From a virus: a stretch of 64,000 nucleotides of DNA. The notes under the pieces were generated by a model. It was not told the origin of the DNA. It searched no databases and saw nothing but the letters and a program-made list of their open reading frames with translations. This document shows positions 18,594 through 30,600 of this stretch, piece after piece. The translations under genes and the position numbers were made by a program. The number at the start of each line of letters is the position of its first letter. The first letter of the stretch is position 1. Location of the stretch: IMG/VR virus record IMGVR_UViG_3300044900_000004, positions 1,103 to 65,102 of that record; one strand, given 5' to 3'.

Positions 18594-18842
18594 ATGAGCG
18601 CAAAAACACCTGAGAGATCTAACGGCTCACAGCCAAACCCTGCCGTAATGGAGTTGCAAGGGGTTCGGTCTGAGCTTGAAGGGGTAAGAGATGAACTGAT
18701 TGGGCTACGTGCCGACCTAAAGAAAAGGGAGACATTTAGAATTACTGATCAGGTGGCACAAGGAGTCTTGTTAGCAGGAATTGTGGGATGGTTTGGGGTT
18801 GCAGTTCTCACTTTTCTTTTACAGATGCTTGTGGGTCGGTAA
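18594..18842 (+). CDS. Small coiled-coil + single-TM membrane protein
   Basis: 82 aa, hydrophobic C-terminus. Confidence 0.6.
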   Translation: MSAKTPERSNGSQPNPAVMELQGVRSELEGVRDELIGLRADLKKRETFRITDQVAQGVLLAGIVGWFGVAVLTFLLQMLVGR

Positions 18843-18911
18843 GCCTGAATAAGTAAACTTTCCGGTCAAAAAATAACTCAGAATTTTGTTGAATGCCCCT
18901 GGTGAAAAAGG

Positions 18912-19271
18912 CTAGGGGTTTTGTTTTTGGGGGCGATCGTCGTTTTGATCTCCTTCCCGATAAACCCTGCTTGACACGAACGCTAATCGACGTTCTCCGT
19001 GATAGGTCAGCCAAATACAGTCAACTTCGCTTTCAAGGGACTCCCACGCCGAATTAAGGCTCTCTCTAAAGTCAATCAATCCCATCTCTCGCTCTGACGA
19101 AAGTTGAAGACTTTCAGCGATCGCAACTGGAACCAAATAGCCTATTCGATCTTTGTAGTAATCAACAGGGATAACCTTGCCGCCCTGAACTTGACGACGG
19201 TAGCTGGAAAGGCTTTGCCTGAGTCTGGAAAGAGGAACCACGTTAATTGGGGGGCTGAGAGCGCTGTACAT
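18912..19271 (-). CDS. Putative regulator, tandem Phd/YefM-like domains
   Basis: Two repeats: VVPLSRLRQSL...IGYLVP and EMGLIDFRESL...LAFVS. Confidence 0.45.
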   Translation of the reverse strand: MYSALSPPINVVPLSRLRQSLSSYRRQVQGGKVIPVDYYKDRIGYLVPVAIAESLQLSSEREMGLIDFRESLNSAWESLESEVDCIWLTYHGERRLAFVSSRVYREGDQNDDRPQKQNP

Positions 19272-19327
19272 CTTAAGCCTCTATAACTTTATCAACTTGT
19301 TGTAACTATAGAATTTGTTGTACGGAT

Positions 19328-19351
19328 TGTCAACTAAGTAATTGTTGACAA
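19328..19351. promoter_or_regulatory. Operator-like inverted repeat in divergent promoter region
   Basis: TTGTCAAC-N8-GTTGACAA. Confidence 0.5.
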
Positions 19352-19451
19352 AGTTGTACGTTTTAGGGCACTATAGACATAGAGAAGCCGTTGCCCTTCC
19401 GACCAAGAAACAGCAACGGCTCTCTTTAACCCCTTATCAAGGTCTAAATCA

Positions 19452-19688
19452 ATGATTGCACAAAGTCTCGATATTCAATCTCAAGCTACTGCCGAACTCT
19501 ATAGCTATTTAGAGCAACAAGCACAAGAAGTCACAGTCGCAAGACGCGCCCCCGCTCCAACCTGCTCACAGTGCTTCCATTTCCGTAATGGCATTTGCCA
19601 GTTAAAAGCTGCTGCCGATTGGGGCGATAGCTCAAAAGTCAGCCCCACTAGACCCGCTTGTCACTTTGCTGAAATACTCCCGTTCTAG
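19452..19688 (+). CDS. Small Cys-rich hypothetical protein
   Basis: CxxC...C...C; first gene of rightward operon. Confidence 0.6.
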   Translation: MIAQSLDIQSQATAELYSYLEQQAQEVTVARRAPAPTCSQCFHFRNGICQLKAAADWGDSSKVSPTRPACHFAEILPF

Positions 19689-19756
19689 TTGATTTCTGGG
19701 CACTCCTCCACTTCAAGGGGTGCCCCTTCTCATGCCCTTCATTTGAGAGATTCGTC

Positions 19757-20242
19757 ATGGTCGATCGACTCCTAGAATCCCCAGCCCAAAACAACTTCCG
19801 GCAATATGACGAAGATTTCTACGGTCTTGCTTATTTCAAGATTGACGGCAAAGAATACGCCGCTGGCACGGTTGAACAAGCCAAAGTTGCAGCTAGACGG
19901 ATCGCTCGTGAATGCCCGGACATGATTTCACCTGAACTCATCATTCAGTATTCATGCTTACCACCGCAGTCAATCAACCTAGTTCAGCATCTCTGTGATG
20001 GTTGCTACTTGGATACAACAGTCGTGCGTTCACTTTTAGATCCCATCATTACAGATTGGGAAGGTCTGTTAGATGCTGCTATTGCGGCTAGGGGCGAGGA
20101 AGAATTTCTGTCGGTCTATACCGAAGGCAACCCCGAATACTGCTTGAGTGACTTCCCAGATGCTTATGCGCGGCTGATTTTGCAAGCGTTGGATTTACCC
20201 ACAACTCAGATTGATACTGTCCGTCTTTACAGTTTGGGTTAA
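19757..20242 (+). CDS. Hypothetical phage protein
   Basis: 161 aa ORF. Confidence 0.6.
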   Translation: MVDRLLESPAQNNFRQYDEDFYGLAYFKIDGKEYAAGTVEQAKVAARRIARECPDMISPELIIQYSCLPPQSINLVQHLCDGCYLDTTVVRSLLDPIITDWEGLLDAAIAARGEEEFLSVYTEGNPEYCLSDFPDAYARLILQALDLPTTQIDTVRLYSLG

Positions 20243-20316
20243 GCGCAATACCAACCCAATACCGGAAATCACTCTCCCTCGACACATTCTCACCTTGGCA
20301 AACTCCCCTAAAACTA

Positions 20317-20670
20317 ATGGCCACAAAAATCAGCGACCTCGAACAACGCATTCTCCAGCTTGAGCAGGGACAAAACCAGCTAAAGTCTCGCCAAGAATGG
20401 CTAGAGCGTGTCTTTGCCACCTACGGCATCAAAGGCTTGTGGCTCTCTCCGACCAAAGCCGCTCCCTTGCTGGGTGTGAGCGAAGACCGCATCGAAGACG
20501 AAATCAAACGCGCTGAAAGAATGCGGCAAGCCAAAAGACGCGGTGATGCAGTCTACGGAACGCACTACCGCAACATTCAAACGATCGAGTCAAAAAATGC
20601 AACCTGGCAGGTCAACGTCTCTAAGTTTGACGAACTCTTTGCGATCCCACCTGACCAGCGAAAAGTCTAA
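20317..20670 (+). CDS. Putative excisionase-like winged-HTH protein
   Basis: WLSPTKAAPLLGVSEDRI HTH pattern after a coiled coil. Confidence 0.5.
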   Translation: MATKISDLEQRILQLEQGQNQLKSRQEWLERVFATYGIKGLWLSPTKAAPLLGVSEDRIEDEIKRAERMRQAKRRGDAVYGTHYRNIQTIESKNATWQVNVSKFDELFAIPPDQRKV

Positions 20671-20681
20671 GGGGTACTAAG

Positions 20682-21677
20682 ATGGCAACTATTTTCAAAT
20701 ACAACGGTGTTCAATATCTCAGCATCAAAGACGCTTGCCAGCAATTAGGGAAAAATTATGCGGCTGTCCTAAAACGCCTTCAAGCTAACTGGACTGTGGC
20801 ACAAGCGTTTGACGACGAACCTCGCCCACCCCGACACCCCCTCTCACTCAATGGGGTTACTTACAATGGGGTCGGCGAAGCGGTTCGACTCCTAAACGCT
20901 CCTGTGAGTCGCCGCACTGCTATGCGGCGAATGGAAGCAGGAATGACCCTGGAGGAAAGTTTATTCACGCCTCTTACCCTTGCTCACAGCAATGGAGTTG
21001 TTTATTCGATCACCAATCTCGTCAATGGCAAGCAATATATCGGTATAACCACCACGTCACTGGAAGAGCGATGGCAAAGCCATCTAGACACTCCTCTCAA
21101 AAAAAGACACCTGCTCCATCAATCGATCACTGAATTTGGCAAAGAGAACTTCGCGATCGAGGTTCTCGAACGTGCTTCTAGCCTGAAAGAGCTTCGCGTC
21201 AAAGAGCAAGAGTGGATTCAGAAGTTAAACACAAGGCAGCCAAATGGCTACAACATCACCAAAGGCGGTGAAATGGGCGGATCTGCGGGCAAGCCTACTA
21301 TACTCCCTGGAGATCCAACGCTCTACCCAACTGTTCGGGCTGCGGCGAAAGCGTTGGCTCAAAGGGAAGGAATTAATGAAGCTGCTGCCGAGAGGAGAAT
21401 TTATGTAGAGCGAATTGAGGTTAAGAAACCTCATGGAATGTCAAAAAGCAAAATTTATCGGTATTGGGATAATTTGATCAATTCCACAACCAACCCTCGA
21501 TCGAGGGGCTACAACGGTTCTACACTCTGCGATCGCTGGAGGGATTTTAGGAACTTTCATGAGGATATGGGTGAGCAATACCAGGAGGGTATGATCCTTC
21601 GATTAAAGGACTCTACTAAGCCTTACTCTAAAGACAATTGCTCTTGGGTCTGGCGCTACGGAAAGAGCATTGTCTAA
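20682..21677 (+). CDS. GIY-YIG homing endonuclease with degenerate HNH-like C-terminus
   Basis: GVVYSITNLVNGKQYIGIT...RW..H...E..WI...GYN. Confidence 0.8.
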   Translation: MATIFKYNGVQYLSIKDACQQLGKNYAAVLKRLQANWTVAQAFDDEPRPPRHPLSLNGVTYNGVGEAVRLLNAPVSRRTAMRRMEAGMTLEESLFTPLTLAHSNGVVYSITNLVNGKQYIGITTTSLEERWQSHLDTPLKKRHLLHQSITEFGKENFAIEVLERASSLKELRVKEQEWIQKLNTRQPNGYNITKGGEMGGSAGKPTILPGDPTLYPTVRAAAKALAQREGINEAAAERRIYVERIEVKKPHGMSKSKIYRYWDNLINSTTNPRSRGYNGSTLCDRWRDFRNFHEDMGEQYQEGMILRLKDSTKPYSKDNCSWVWRYGKSIV

Positions 21678-24600
21678 ATCCCTCTCAAAGTTGAACCTGC
21701 CTGCTGGTTCTGGAATTTAGCGTAGTCCTCCACGGGTGTCGGTGTGCTAATTGTCAGCGATCGAGGGGTGTTCGCTAACTGCACAATCCCCGCATACAGT
21801 TGCTCCAATTTAGCAACCACATCTTGGTTGTTGCTGGCCCGACTCACCGCCTGATCTACGCTGCTGGTCTGCGGTTGAATTGCAGCAGTTTCGATCGGGT
21901 TGAAGTTTGCCTGAGTCGGCACGATCGGTGGCGCTCCTCCAAGCACGTCAAGCGGCCTGGGATTCCCGCCCAAACTTGGACTCTTCATCTCAGGCAGATT
22001 TGCTGCCCCAGGTGTCTTCAACTTTGTTGACTCTTCTGCTAAAAATCCCGATCGAATTCCCGAAGCAGCAGATTCAAAAGTGTTTGCCGCTATCGATTTG
22101 GCATCGTTGGCCAAATCCAGCGCAAGAGCCTGTATTGCAGGCAAGAAGCCACAGCTTTTCTCGATGCTCCCAAGCAGCCCCAGCAATGTTTTTGGTTGTT
22201 TCTCCTCAGCCTTTTTATTGGGGTCTTCGCCGTTGATCGTTACTGAAGTTCCTGTGCCATCTTCACTGCCGTCGCTTTGATCGACGCTTACCGATGTGCC
22301 GCCTAACTCACTCCTTCCGTTAGGGCCAAGAGACTGTAAACCTGCTTGAGCCGCTGCGCTCGGAGGCATACCGCTGAAACTCAAACTCCCACGATATTTC
22401 ACTTCGTCTGCTGCGCCTGCAAGCTCCCGATCGCGACTCCTTTTTTTTGCCTGGTTTTCAGCATCCAACTCACTTCGAGTTTGAGCAGCGCGAATATCAT
22501 TTGCTTCTAATTCTTTCTGGACTTGCTTGTCGATTACCCCTACGCCACTCTCAGCCAGTCCCCTCCCCTGGCTTGCCAGGTTCAGGCCTTCCTGAGCATC
22601 TTTGAGATTAGATTGAGCGTTAGCAATCTCGTTAGCATCGCCAGTCTTCAGCGCTTTATTCAATTCGCCTTTAGCCGCGTTGAGATTCTGCTTTGCGAGT
22701 AGCTCTGCCCGTTTCGCCTCAATCACCGCGATTCGCGCCGAAGACTGTTCTTTAAGCAGTCCCAACCGAACTGACTCACGTTCTAGTTCCTGCTGCTTGA
22801 GTAATGCAGCGGTCTTCTCTGCGTCCGCTTCGGCTTCGAGTGCCTGCTTATTTTGAATCGCTTCAACAATGCCTTTTTTATCGTCAGGATTTGCGCCGAA
22901 CTGTGAAAGCTGATCTCTCAAAACGGCTTTGCGCTGGAAGGTTTGACCCCCTTTTTCAGAGTCTAATCCCCCAAGCTGCTTAAATAAATCGGCTGACTCG
23001 CTCGCCCGATCGACACCAATTTTGAGCGCTGACTGACGAGAATCAGAAATTGCCTTACTGACACCCAGTTCGGCATCAAGCAAAGATTTGCGTCTTTCAA
23101 GTTGAGCAATCGACTTATCTTGAGCAGCCTTCTCGCGATCGAGCAAAGATACCTTTTCATCCGTCGATCGCTTCTCGGCATCCACTTGGTTTTGAATCGC
23201 CTTGAGTCTCTGTTGGGTGATTTGCTCGATCACCTGAGATTCAAGCTGCTGAGTATCCGCCGTGATTTGTATCCGACGATCCTCAGCTTCTTTTTCAGAA
23301 ATTACGCCTCTATTTCGCAATTCCTGAACTTGTGCAAACTCCTTCCTTTTGAGATCAAGGCGCTGCTGATTTGCAGACAGCTCTACTTTGAGGATTTCAG
23401 CTTGTCCACCTTCCCCAACGATGCCGCCCTCCAACTGTTTAGCTCGGATGGTGTTGCTACGATCGCCTACCTGAACATTAATCGCTGCATTGGCTCGTTT
23501 GGAGATCTGCTCGTATCCCTCCAAGATTTTGCGGTTCTTCGCCTCCACTACAGCCAACTCTGCTTGGGCCTGGCGCACCGTCAGATCTCCAATAGAGTTT
23601 TGCAAATCACGGTTTCGCTTTTCAAACTCTTCGGATTTGACTATGCCTTTTGAGTAAGCATCTGCTAATTCTGCTGCCTGTTTCTGAGTGTTGCCTAATT
23701 GAGCATTTGCGGTGTTTTGAGAGATTTCCGCTTCCTCGATCTCCAAATCCGACTCATCAACATTCTTGCCAATCTTCTTGCGGATCAAGCCAACGGTTGC
23801 ACTGGATTCGGCACGTTTAATCAAACTCTCACGTTGAACAGCAGAGCGCTCAATTGCCTCCAGCTTCGCCGCCTCAACCGCCTTGACAACTGCCAATTCT
23901 GCTTGGGCATTTTGAACCGTGAGATCGCTCAGGCGATTCTCAATATCCTGCTTGCGCTTCTCATATTCTTCCGCCGAAACTAGCTTTGCTTGGAATGCCG
24001 CTTGCAGATCGCTTAATTCTCGCTGCGTGCTGTCAAGCTGTCCGCCAGTCTGACTTTGCTGGATTTTAGCGCCTTTAACCGAAGCATCTGATTCGTAAAT
24101 TTTGCCACTAATCTGCTGTTTAATCAGCCCGACCTGCGATTTGGCCAATCGCTGCTTGGACAGACTCTCTCGCTGAGCAGAAGATTTGTCAAGGAGGGCA
24201 AGCGTTGCAGCTTCTTCGGCTTTTTGAATTGCCTGGCGGTCTTGAGCGCCTTGTAGTTGCAGTTTTGTCTGTTCATCCTGAGTTTTCTTGAACAGAATTA
24301 ACTGCTCAAGGATCTTCTTCTTAGGATCACTGTCCGACAGTCCAGATTTAGCAAGCTCAATTTCTTTGATAGACGAATCTTTAGAGAGCGACTTCCCGGT
24401 ACTGCCAACGGTGACGCTTCCTAAAACGTCTGAAACCTCGCGCTGGTTCAACTTCTGGCTAATCCCGTCAAGTTCCTGCCGCTTACCCTCAAGCTCTGAC
24501 TGAGTTTGAGTGCTTTTACGTTTTGCCGCTGTTACGGGCGCATTGATACTGGCGTTGCGATCGGCACCAAAGTTGGCAATCTGGGAATTGATGTCTTGGG

Positions 24601-27600
24601 TTGAGTCGATCGTGAACTTAATTTCAGCATCGCGCTTCACCTGCTCAAGTGCGATCGACATCTCATCTAGCGCATTTTTGAAGTCGAGAACTTTATCCGC
24701 CGCCGTCCCAAAACTGTTTTGCAGTTTGGTAATGCGGGTTTGAGCATCCTGCAACTCCTTGAGACTGGCTTCAAGATTACTCTTTAACCCATCACTGATG
24801 CCACCGCCCTCAATTAGAGATTTGGTGCCCTTGATTCGCGATTCTAGATTTGCCTGATACTCAGCCAATGGAGCGACGGTTTCAGAGCGCTTCTGCGACA
24901 AGCCCTTGATTTCTTCATCAAGTTTGCCGATTTCAGTCTTATCAGTGCGAGGCAAGGAAGCGAGGCGGTTGCGCTCGTTCTGCTTGTCAATAATTTGATT
25001 GTCTAATCCTTGGGCTGCGCCAAGCTGCTGCCTAAATTCACCCAGTCCGTTTGTGATCTGTCCCGATCTGAACTGTTGCCCGAGTAGTTCGCGAGTACCC
25101 GTTTGGAAGCGATCAATCTGCATCGCCCTGTTTTCGCGATTGACATCGGCATAGGTTCTTGTTTCCGGCGCTTCCCCGTTCAGTCGTTTGTATTCTTCAG
25201 GATCTTTGGTTCTAAGGCTTTCGATGTAATCTTGGTTGCTGTTATTGACGTAGTTCAACACATCGTCGACAATACCCGTCGATTCGGTCTTACGTCCAAC
25301 ATTTTCTGGAATGGTGTTAACTTCGCCCCGCGCCTTCTTTGCAGCCGCCTCAATTCGCTTTAGCCCCTGCTCCCCTTGGTCGGCAAACTCTTTGAATTCC
25401 TTACCTTTCTCATCTAAGGTGAATGCCTGAGAGATGGTGCGAGTTGCCTCGAATCCGGCATATAGTGCTAGTCCCGTTCCCAGCAAACCTGCGCCTTCTT
25501 TGGCGATACCCCTGGCTGCACCTCCTTTGCCAAATGTGCCGCCTTCTTTGAAGGAGTCTTTCCCTTTCCCGATCGCTTCTCCAATATTGAAGTTTTGTAG
25601 TGATGAAACTGCATCACCGATTGACGCTGCAAGGTTTGGCAATTTGACTTTATCTAGCCCTGAAAATCGGACTGCCAGCACCCCAGCAAGCAGAATAACC
25701 TTGTCGATATTTTGGCCCAAAAGCCCGATCGCTACCGTCAGTGCGTCTGCGCCAGATTTGACCGCAGGTGTAAACAGTTGCCCTGTGTTTTCTTGTAAGA
25801 CTTGAAATGCATTGCTGAGTCTAAATAGAGATGACTGTACGTTCTTTGATGCGCTCTCGGCACTGCCCGCATACTCGATCTGCAACTGCTTTCCAAATTT
25901 CTTTCCAAACTCGTCTGAAGTAACTGCGCCCGCCTCTAGCAACTTGTTCAACTGCGCTTCTGTTACGCCCATTGCTCGCGCTGCGGTTGAAAACGCTCCC
26001 GGCAAGCGATCACCGATCTGCGATCGCAGCTCTTCGGCCTGAATTTTTCCCTTACTAAAAGATTGTCCGAGAGCGTTGAATATACCCTCAACATTCTCGC
26101 TAGATAAGCCTAATGTGGTCGCTGCCTGACTAACTCCAGTGACGAGATCTTTGGTTACCTGCCCCGATGATGATGTCCCCTTTGTCGAAGCTGCTAACTT
26201 GACAAACCCTTCTTGAACCGCGCCCAAAGGAACGCCCAGACGATCAGCTTCTTTGCGGATAAATGCAAGGTCTTTGCCAGCGTTAATTGCGCTGCCTGAA
26301 CCAAAAGACAATGCGGTTTTGAGGTTGTCGAGCTTAATCGCAGCCTGCACCGAAGCGCTGACAAATTGCTGAAGCTGAGGAATGATGTTTTGTAGAACCT
26401 GGAAACCGATAAAACCGATTACCGCTTGCTTTAGCACCCCTGGCAGTCCGCCTGCCTGTTCTTTAATCTTTTCTAGGAAGCCGCCAAAGCCCCCACCGCC
26501 ACCGCCACCTGGAGGCGGACGATCGACAACTTTGTAGACTGCTCGTAACTCTTTCTCTAATTGCTTGAGTTTGGAGATATCGCCTTGATTGACTTCAACT
26601 CTAGGCTTAGAAAGAATTTTCTCAGTCTGCCCGATCGCTCTCTCGGCTTTTTGAGCAACGCCGCCCAATCGATTCGCCTGAGTTGTGTCACCTGCTCCTT
26701 TCGCAACTGCCTCACTGGTTCGCAAATCATTAACCAGTGTTTTAGATTCAATTAGCAGCAGGCTGGTTCGCTTAAGAACGCCATTAGTGAGGTCGTCATT
26801 CAGCCCTGACAAGAAGCGTTTTGCCGCCCCGATCGCACCCTTGCCAAAGTCATTCGGGGCTGGATCTTCAATCCGAATCAGTCCCGTATTTTCAGCAAGT
26901 CCTTTGCGTTCGTTCCGATTGATCAACCGCTCGTTTGAGCGAATTTGAGATCGATTAGCGTCAATAACCCGACTGCCTTCCTCTTGAGCAGAGTTGCTGA
27001 TGCCGCGATCGGCAACTAATCCGAAATCGGGCTGCGCCTTGAGTCTTGCCTGCACTCTCGCGTTGAGTGCGTTTAACTGCTGGCTAAACTTTGCGGTCTC
27101 AGCTTCAAAGACATCGTTAACAACGTCAGTTTGACCTTCTAGAACACGTTGCGCGGTCTGATTGAGTCGGGCTAAAGTCCGCGTAACTTTGGCGTTGTTG
27201 ATTAAATCGGGTTGCTGCTTGAGCAGTAGAGAGATTGAGTCGATCGCGTTCCCGATCGACTGCTCCAATTGCTCTAAAATCTTTCTGCGCTTGCTGTCTA
27301 GGGTGCGAATTGCCTGCTTTGCGCCAGGTGCCAGTGATTGAGCGGTGAGGTCTTCTCCGCTTGCTCGTGCGCTGGTATCTTCAGATAATCGCCCTGTAAT
27401 TTTTTCTCTAAGTTTTGCCAGTTGGGGAACGGCTGCCATCGCCACTGCCGCACCCTTGAGAGGTAACGGGACTGGAAGCTGCGCCGCTGCATTCCCGATC
27501 GCAAACCCAGTTAAGTCACCAAACAGTTCATCATTTTGAATTGCCCCCATTCCCTGGAAGCGCTGGCTACCTTCTCGAAGCACCATTCCTGCTTTTTGAC

Positions 27601-30600
27601 GCAGGGGAGCTTTTTGAAATTCTGGTTTTTGATTAAGCGATCGATACGCCTGCACTCCAGAGATTCCAGCATTAAGCGACTGGCGAGCGGCCAATGCTCC
27701 AATCAAATCACCGCCTAGCCCTGCAACCTGTCCAGACTGCCCAGCCACTTGAGACGCGACAAATCCGCCTGTATTGACAACGAGGTCTTTGGCAATTGCC
27801 TGCACCTTGGGACTCTTGGCCGCCGCTCCTAATGTCCCTCGCAGTGTGGGCTGCTTCTCAACTTCAGCAAACTTGGCGGTTGTGGCGTTGATACCTGCGA
27901 TCGCTCTTGCTGCTGTGCGCTTGAACTCATCCAGAGCGGCATCGAGTGCCCCGTATTTGGCACCACCTAGCGACGCAGCCTTAAGATCTTCACCTCTAGC
28001 AGCCTGACTCTGCTCAAACTTTGCTGCCGATCGGGTGACTAAATTTTCTTTCTGGGTCAACCGTCCTTTGACCCCGCCCAGTTGCCCGATCGCTCCTGAC
28101 TTGTCACCAGAATTTTTAAGTTCTCCAATCAGCGCATCAATGTCGCCTTTACTCCTTCGAGTAAGGTCAACCATCGTTTTCTTGTAGGCTTCGACTAATC
28201 GAGCGTCGCCATTTTTGAGAGCCGATTGGAAAGCTTTGTAGGCAGTGGAGAACCGAGCGTCTAAATCTTTGGCTTGAGCGATCGCACCGCTGACAATTTC
28301 TTGGACGTTTTGCCCAGCGTCTACTACCGATCGGGCTGCTTGCCCCGCTTTGAGCGCGATGTTTTTGGCTTGCTCTGTTCGGTTGAGCTTAACGGGTTCG
28401 CGAAGTGCAAGAGAATTGGATTCTGGGGTAATCGGACTGGCGAGTGCAAGCCTTCTGGGTTGCTGCTGTTGTGCGACCTCGACAGATACAAGCTCAGGAA
28501 GAGCGAGAGGTTTTAATGGCAATGCAAGCGGTTGATTTGCCGCCGTCTTGTCTTCAATGCTGGGGGGCTTGTAATTTGCAATGCGATCGCTGAGCTTATC
28601 TTCAACCGCCAACAGTTGATTAAACAAACTCTGCTGTCGCTGCGTAAATTGCTCAATTTTCGCTTCATCCAGTGATGCAGCGCTACTGGCTTGCAAGGCT
28701 TCTTGTGCTAGCGCTCCAAATCCTGACTGAATCTTCTCGATCGCGCTTGTATAAGCTGCGGCAACCTTAGAAAGGTCGTCGCCTCGGCTTTGGGCAAAAG
28801 AAACGAATTCTGAAAGCTTGCTCCCAATTCCCTGCGATCGACTGTCAGCAATATCCTTGGTCGCTGCAAATGCCGAAGCGTTGGTTTGTTGGGCGATCGT
28901 GCCTCGCTGCGACAAATAAGCTTCTGTTGAGCGAATTGCCCCAGTTTTGCCGCTGAGTTCAATCTCTCTGCGCTTGGGGTCATAGAGTCCCAAGTTTGGC
29001 GCAAGCTGGCTGAATTCATCAGGTGTTGGGATTAATGGTCTGCCAACAACACGCCCTTCTCTAGAAGCTTGAATCCCTCTAGCAGAGCCAAAATCTAAAT
29101 CAATGGCGTGTTGCAGTTCCTCTGCCAGAATGTTGGCTTGCCGCTCACTGAGCAGAACCGACTCTTGAAGCTGTTGGAAAAACTCAGCAGTGACTTCAAT
29201 TCGATTGCGAAGCGGGTCGTATTGGCTGACCGCGTTCGCTTTTTTCAGAGATTCATCGGCGATCGCCAGCTCTGGCAACTTGTCAGCATCGAAGCGATCG
29301 CCCAACGCAATTTTCGCAAGCTCAACAAACTCCTTCGGTTGAGACTTGGGCGCAACCTGCTTGCTGGTTTCGCTCGCCTTGATTGCATCCTGCTCAGCTT
29401 GTTTGACTGCCCCCTGAATTAGCGCCTTGCCTTTCTCAAGTGCCTGAATCGAAGTAGCCAGCCCACTCAATTCACGAGCCGAGGCGTTTAGCTCCTCAGA
29501 GATTCCCTGCAAAGTTGCGTCGTCTGCGCCTGATGCCTGCGCTCGATTGAGCAATGCTTGATTGCTGCGGACTCGCTGTTCTGCGCCTGCTAATTCTCTC
29601 TGCTTAGCCGCAATCTGACCTTCAATAAAAGTGAGTCGTTTGACTGCGGAAGCCCTGGTCTCGTCTAGCTTTCCAACTGCGCCCCGAAACTCAATGACTG
29701 ATTGCTCACGAACGATCGGAGTCTCGGCATCTCGCTGTTGCTGGCGCTGCCCTCGACGAAGCAGGCTCTCACGCTGAATTGCTTCAGTCCCGATCGTTTC
29801 TGTAACCGCTGCTCTCGTCTTCTGAGGCAGTTCGCGAACTTGGGCGAGTTTCTCTTGTAATTCGGTGCGAGTCTTTTTGTCGTCAATCTTTGCGATTTGT
29901 TTTTCGAGTAAATCGCCCAATCCTTGCAGCTTGGAAGATACGCCACTAGAAATGGACGCGCCGATCGCGCCCCCAACCTTTTCACCCAACAGTGAAGAAC
30001 TGCCGACGCTGTTGGAAAGTGATTTCTCTAACGCAGTAGATAACCCCGCTCCTAGTCCCGACCCCAATGGCTGCGTGATGCTGAGGATTAGACTGCTAGC
30101 GATCGTGCCTCCGACTCCGAAAATAGCGCTCGTTGCTAATTTCAGAGGGGCAGAAACCAGCGAACCAAGTCCACTTAGCAACCCTCCGCCTTTAACCTGG
30201 CTGAAAGCCCTCTCAATGCTATTGCTGATCGACTTCTCAAAATCTCCCGTATCAAGCTGAAGCTTCTGAGTGACAGCCTGAGCAATATTTGGGGGCTGAG
30301 TGCTGGAGTATTTAATCGCAGCGTTGACGGTGATGGTTTTACTTTGCAGCGACCCCAAGCGTCGATCGAGAGCATTCAGATTTGAGAAATCAACCCTTGG
30401 CGTAAGGGGACTAGATTTGAAGTAGTTGTCAACCTGACCAAAGTGCTTTTGCTTTAGATCTAAGTGCTTGTTGAGGGCTGTGAGTTGGCGATCGTCAACT
30501 TGAGCCGTGACCTTGAAAGATTTGTCGCTGTATCCCTTTAGTCGTTGGTCAAGGCTGGTCAGCTTCGATTCGTCGATCGACACTCCAATTTTGACGAAGC

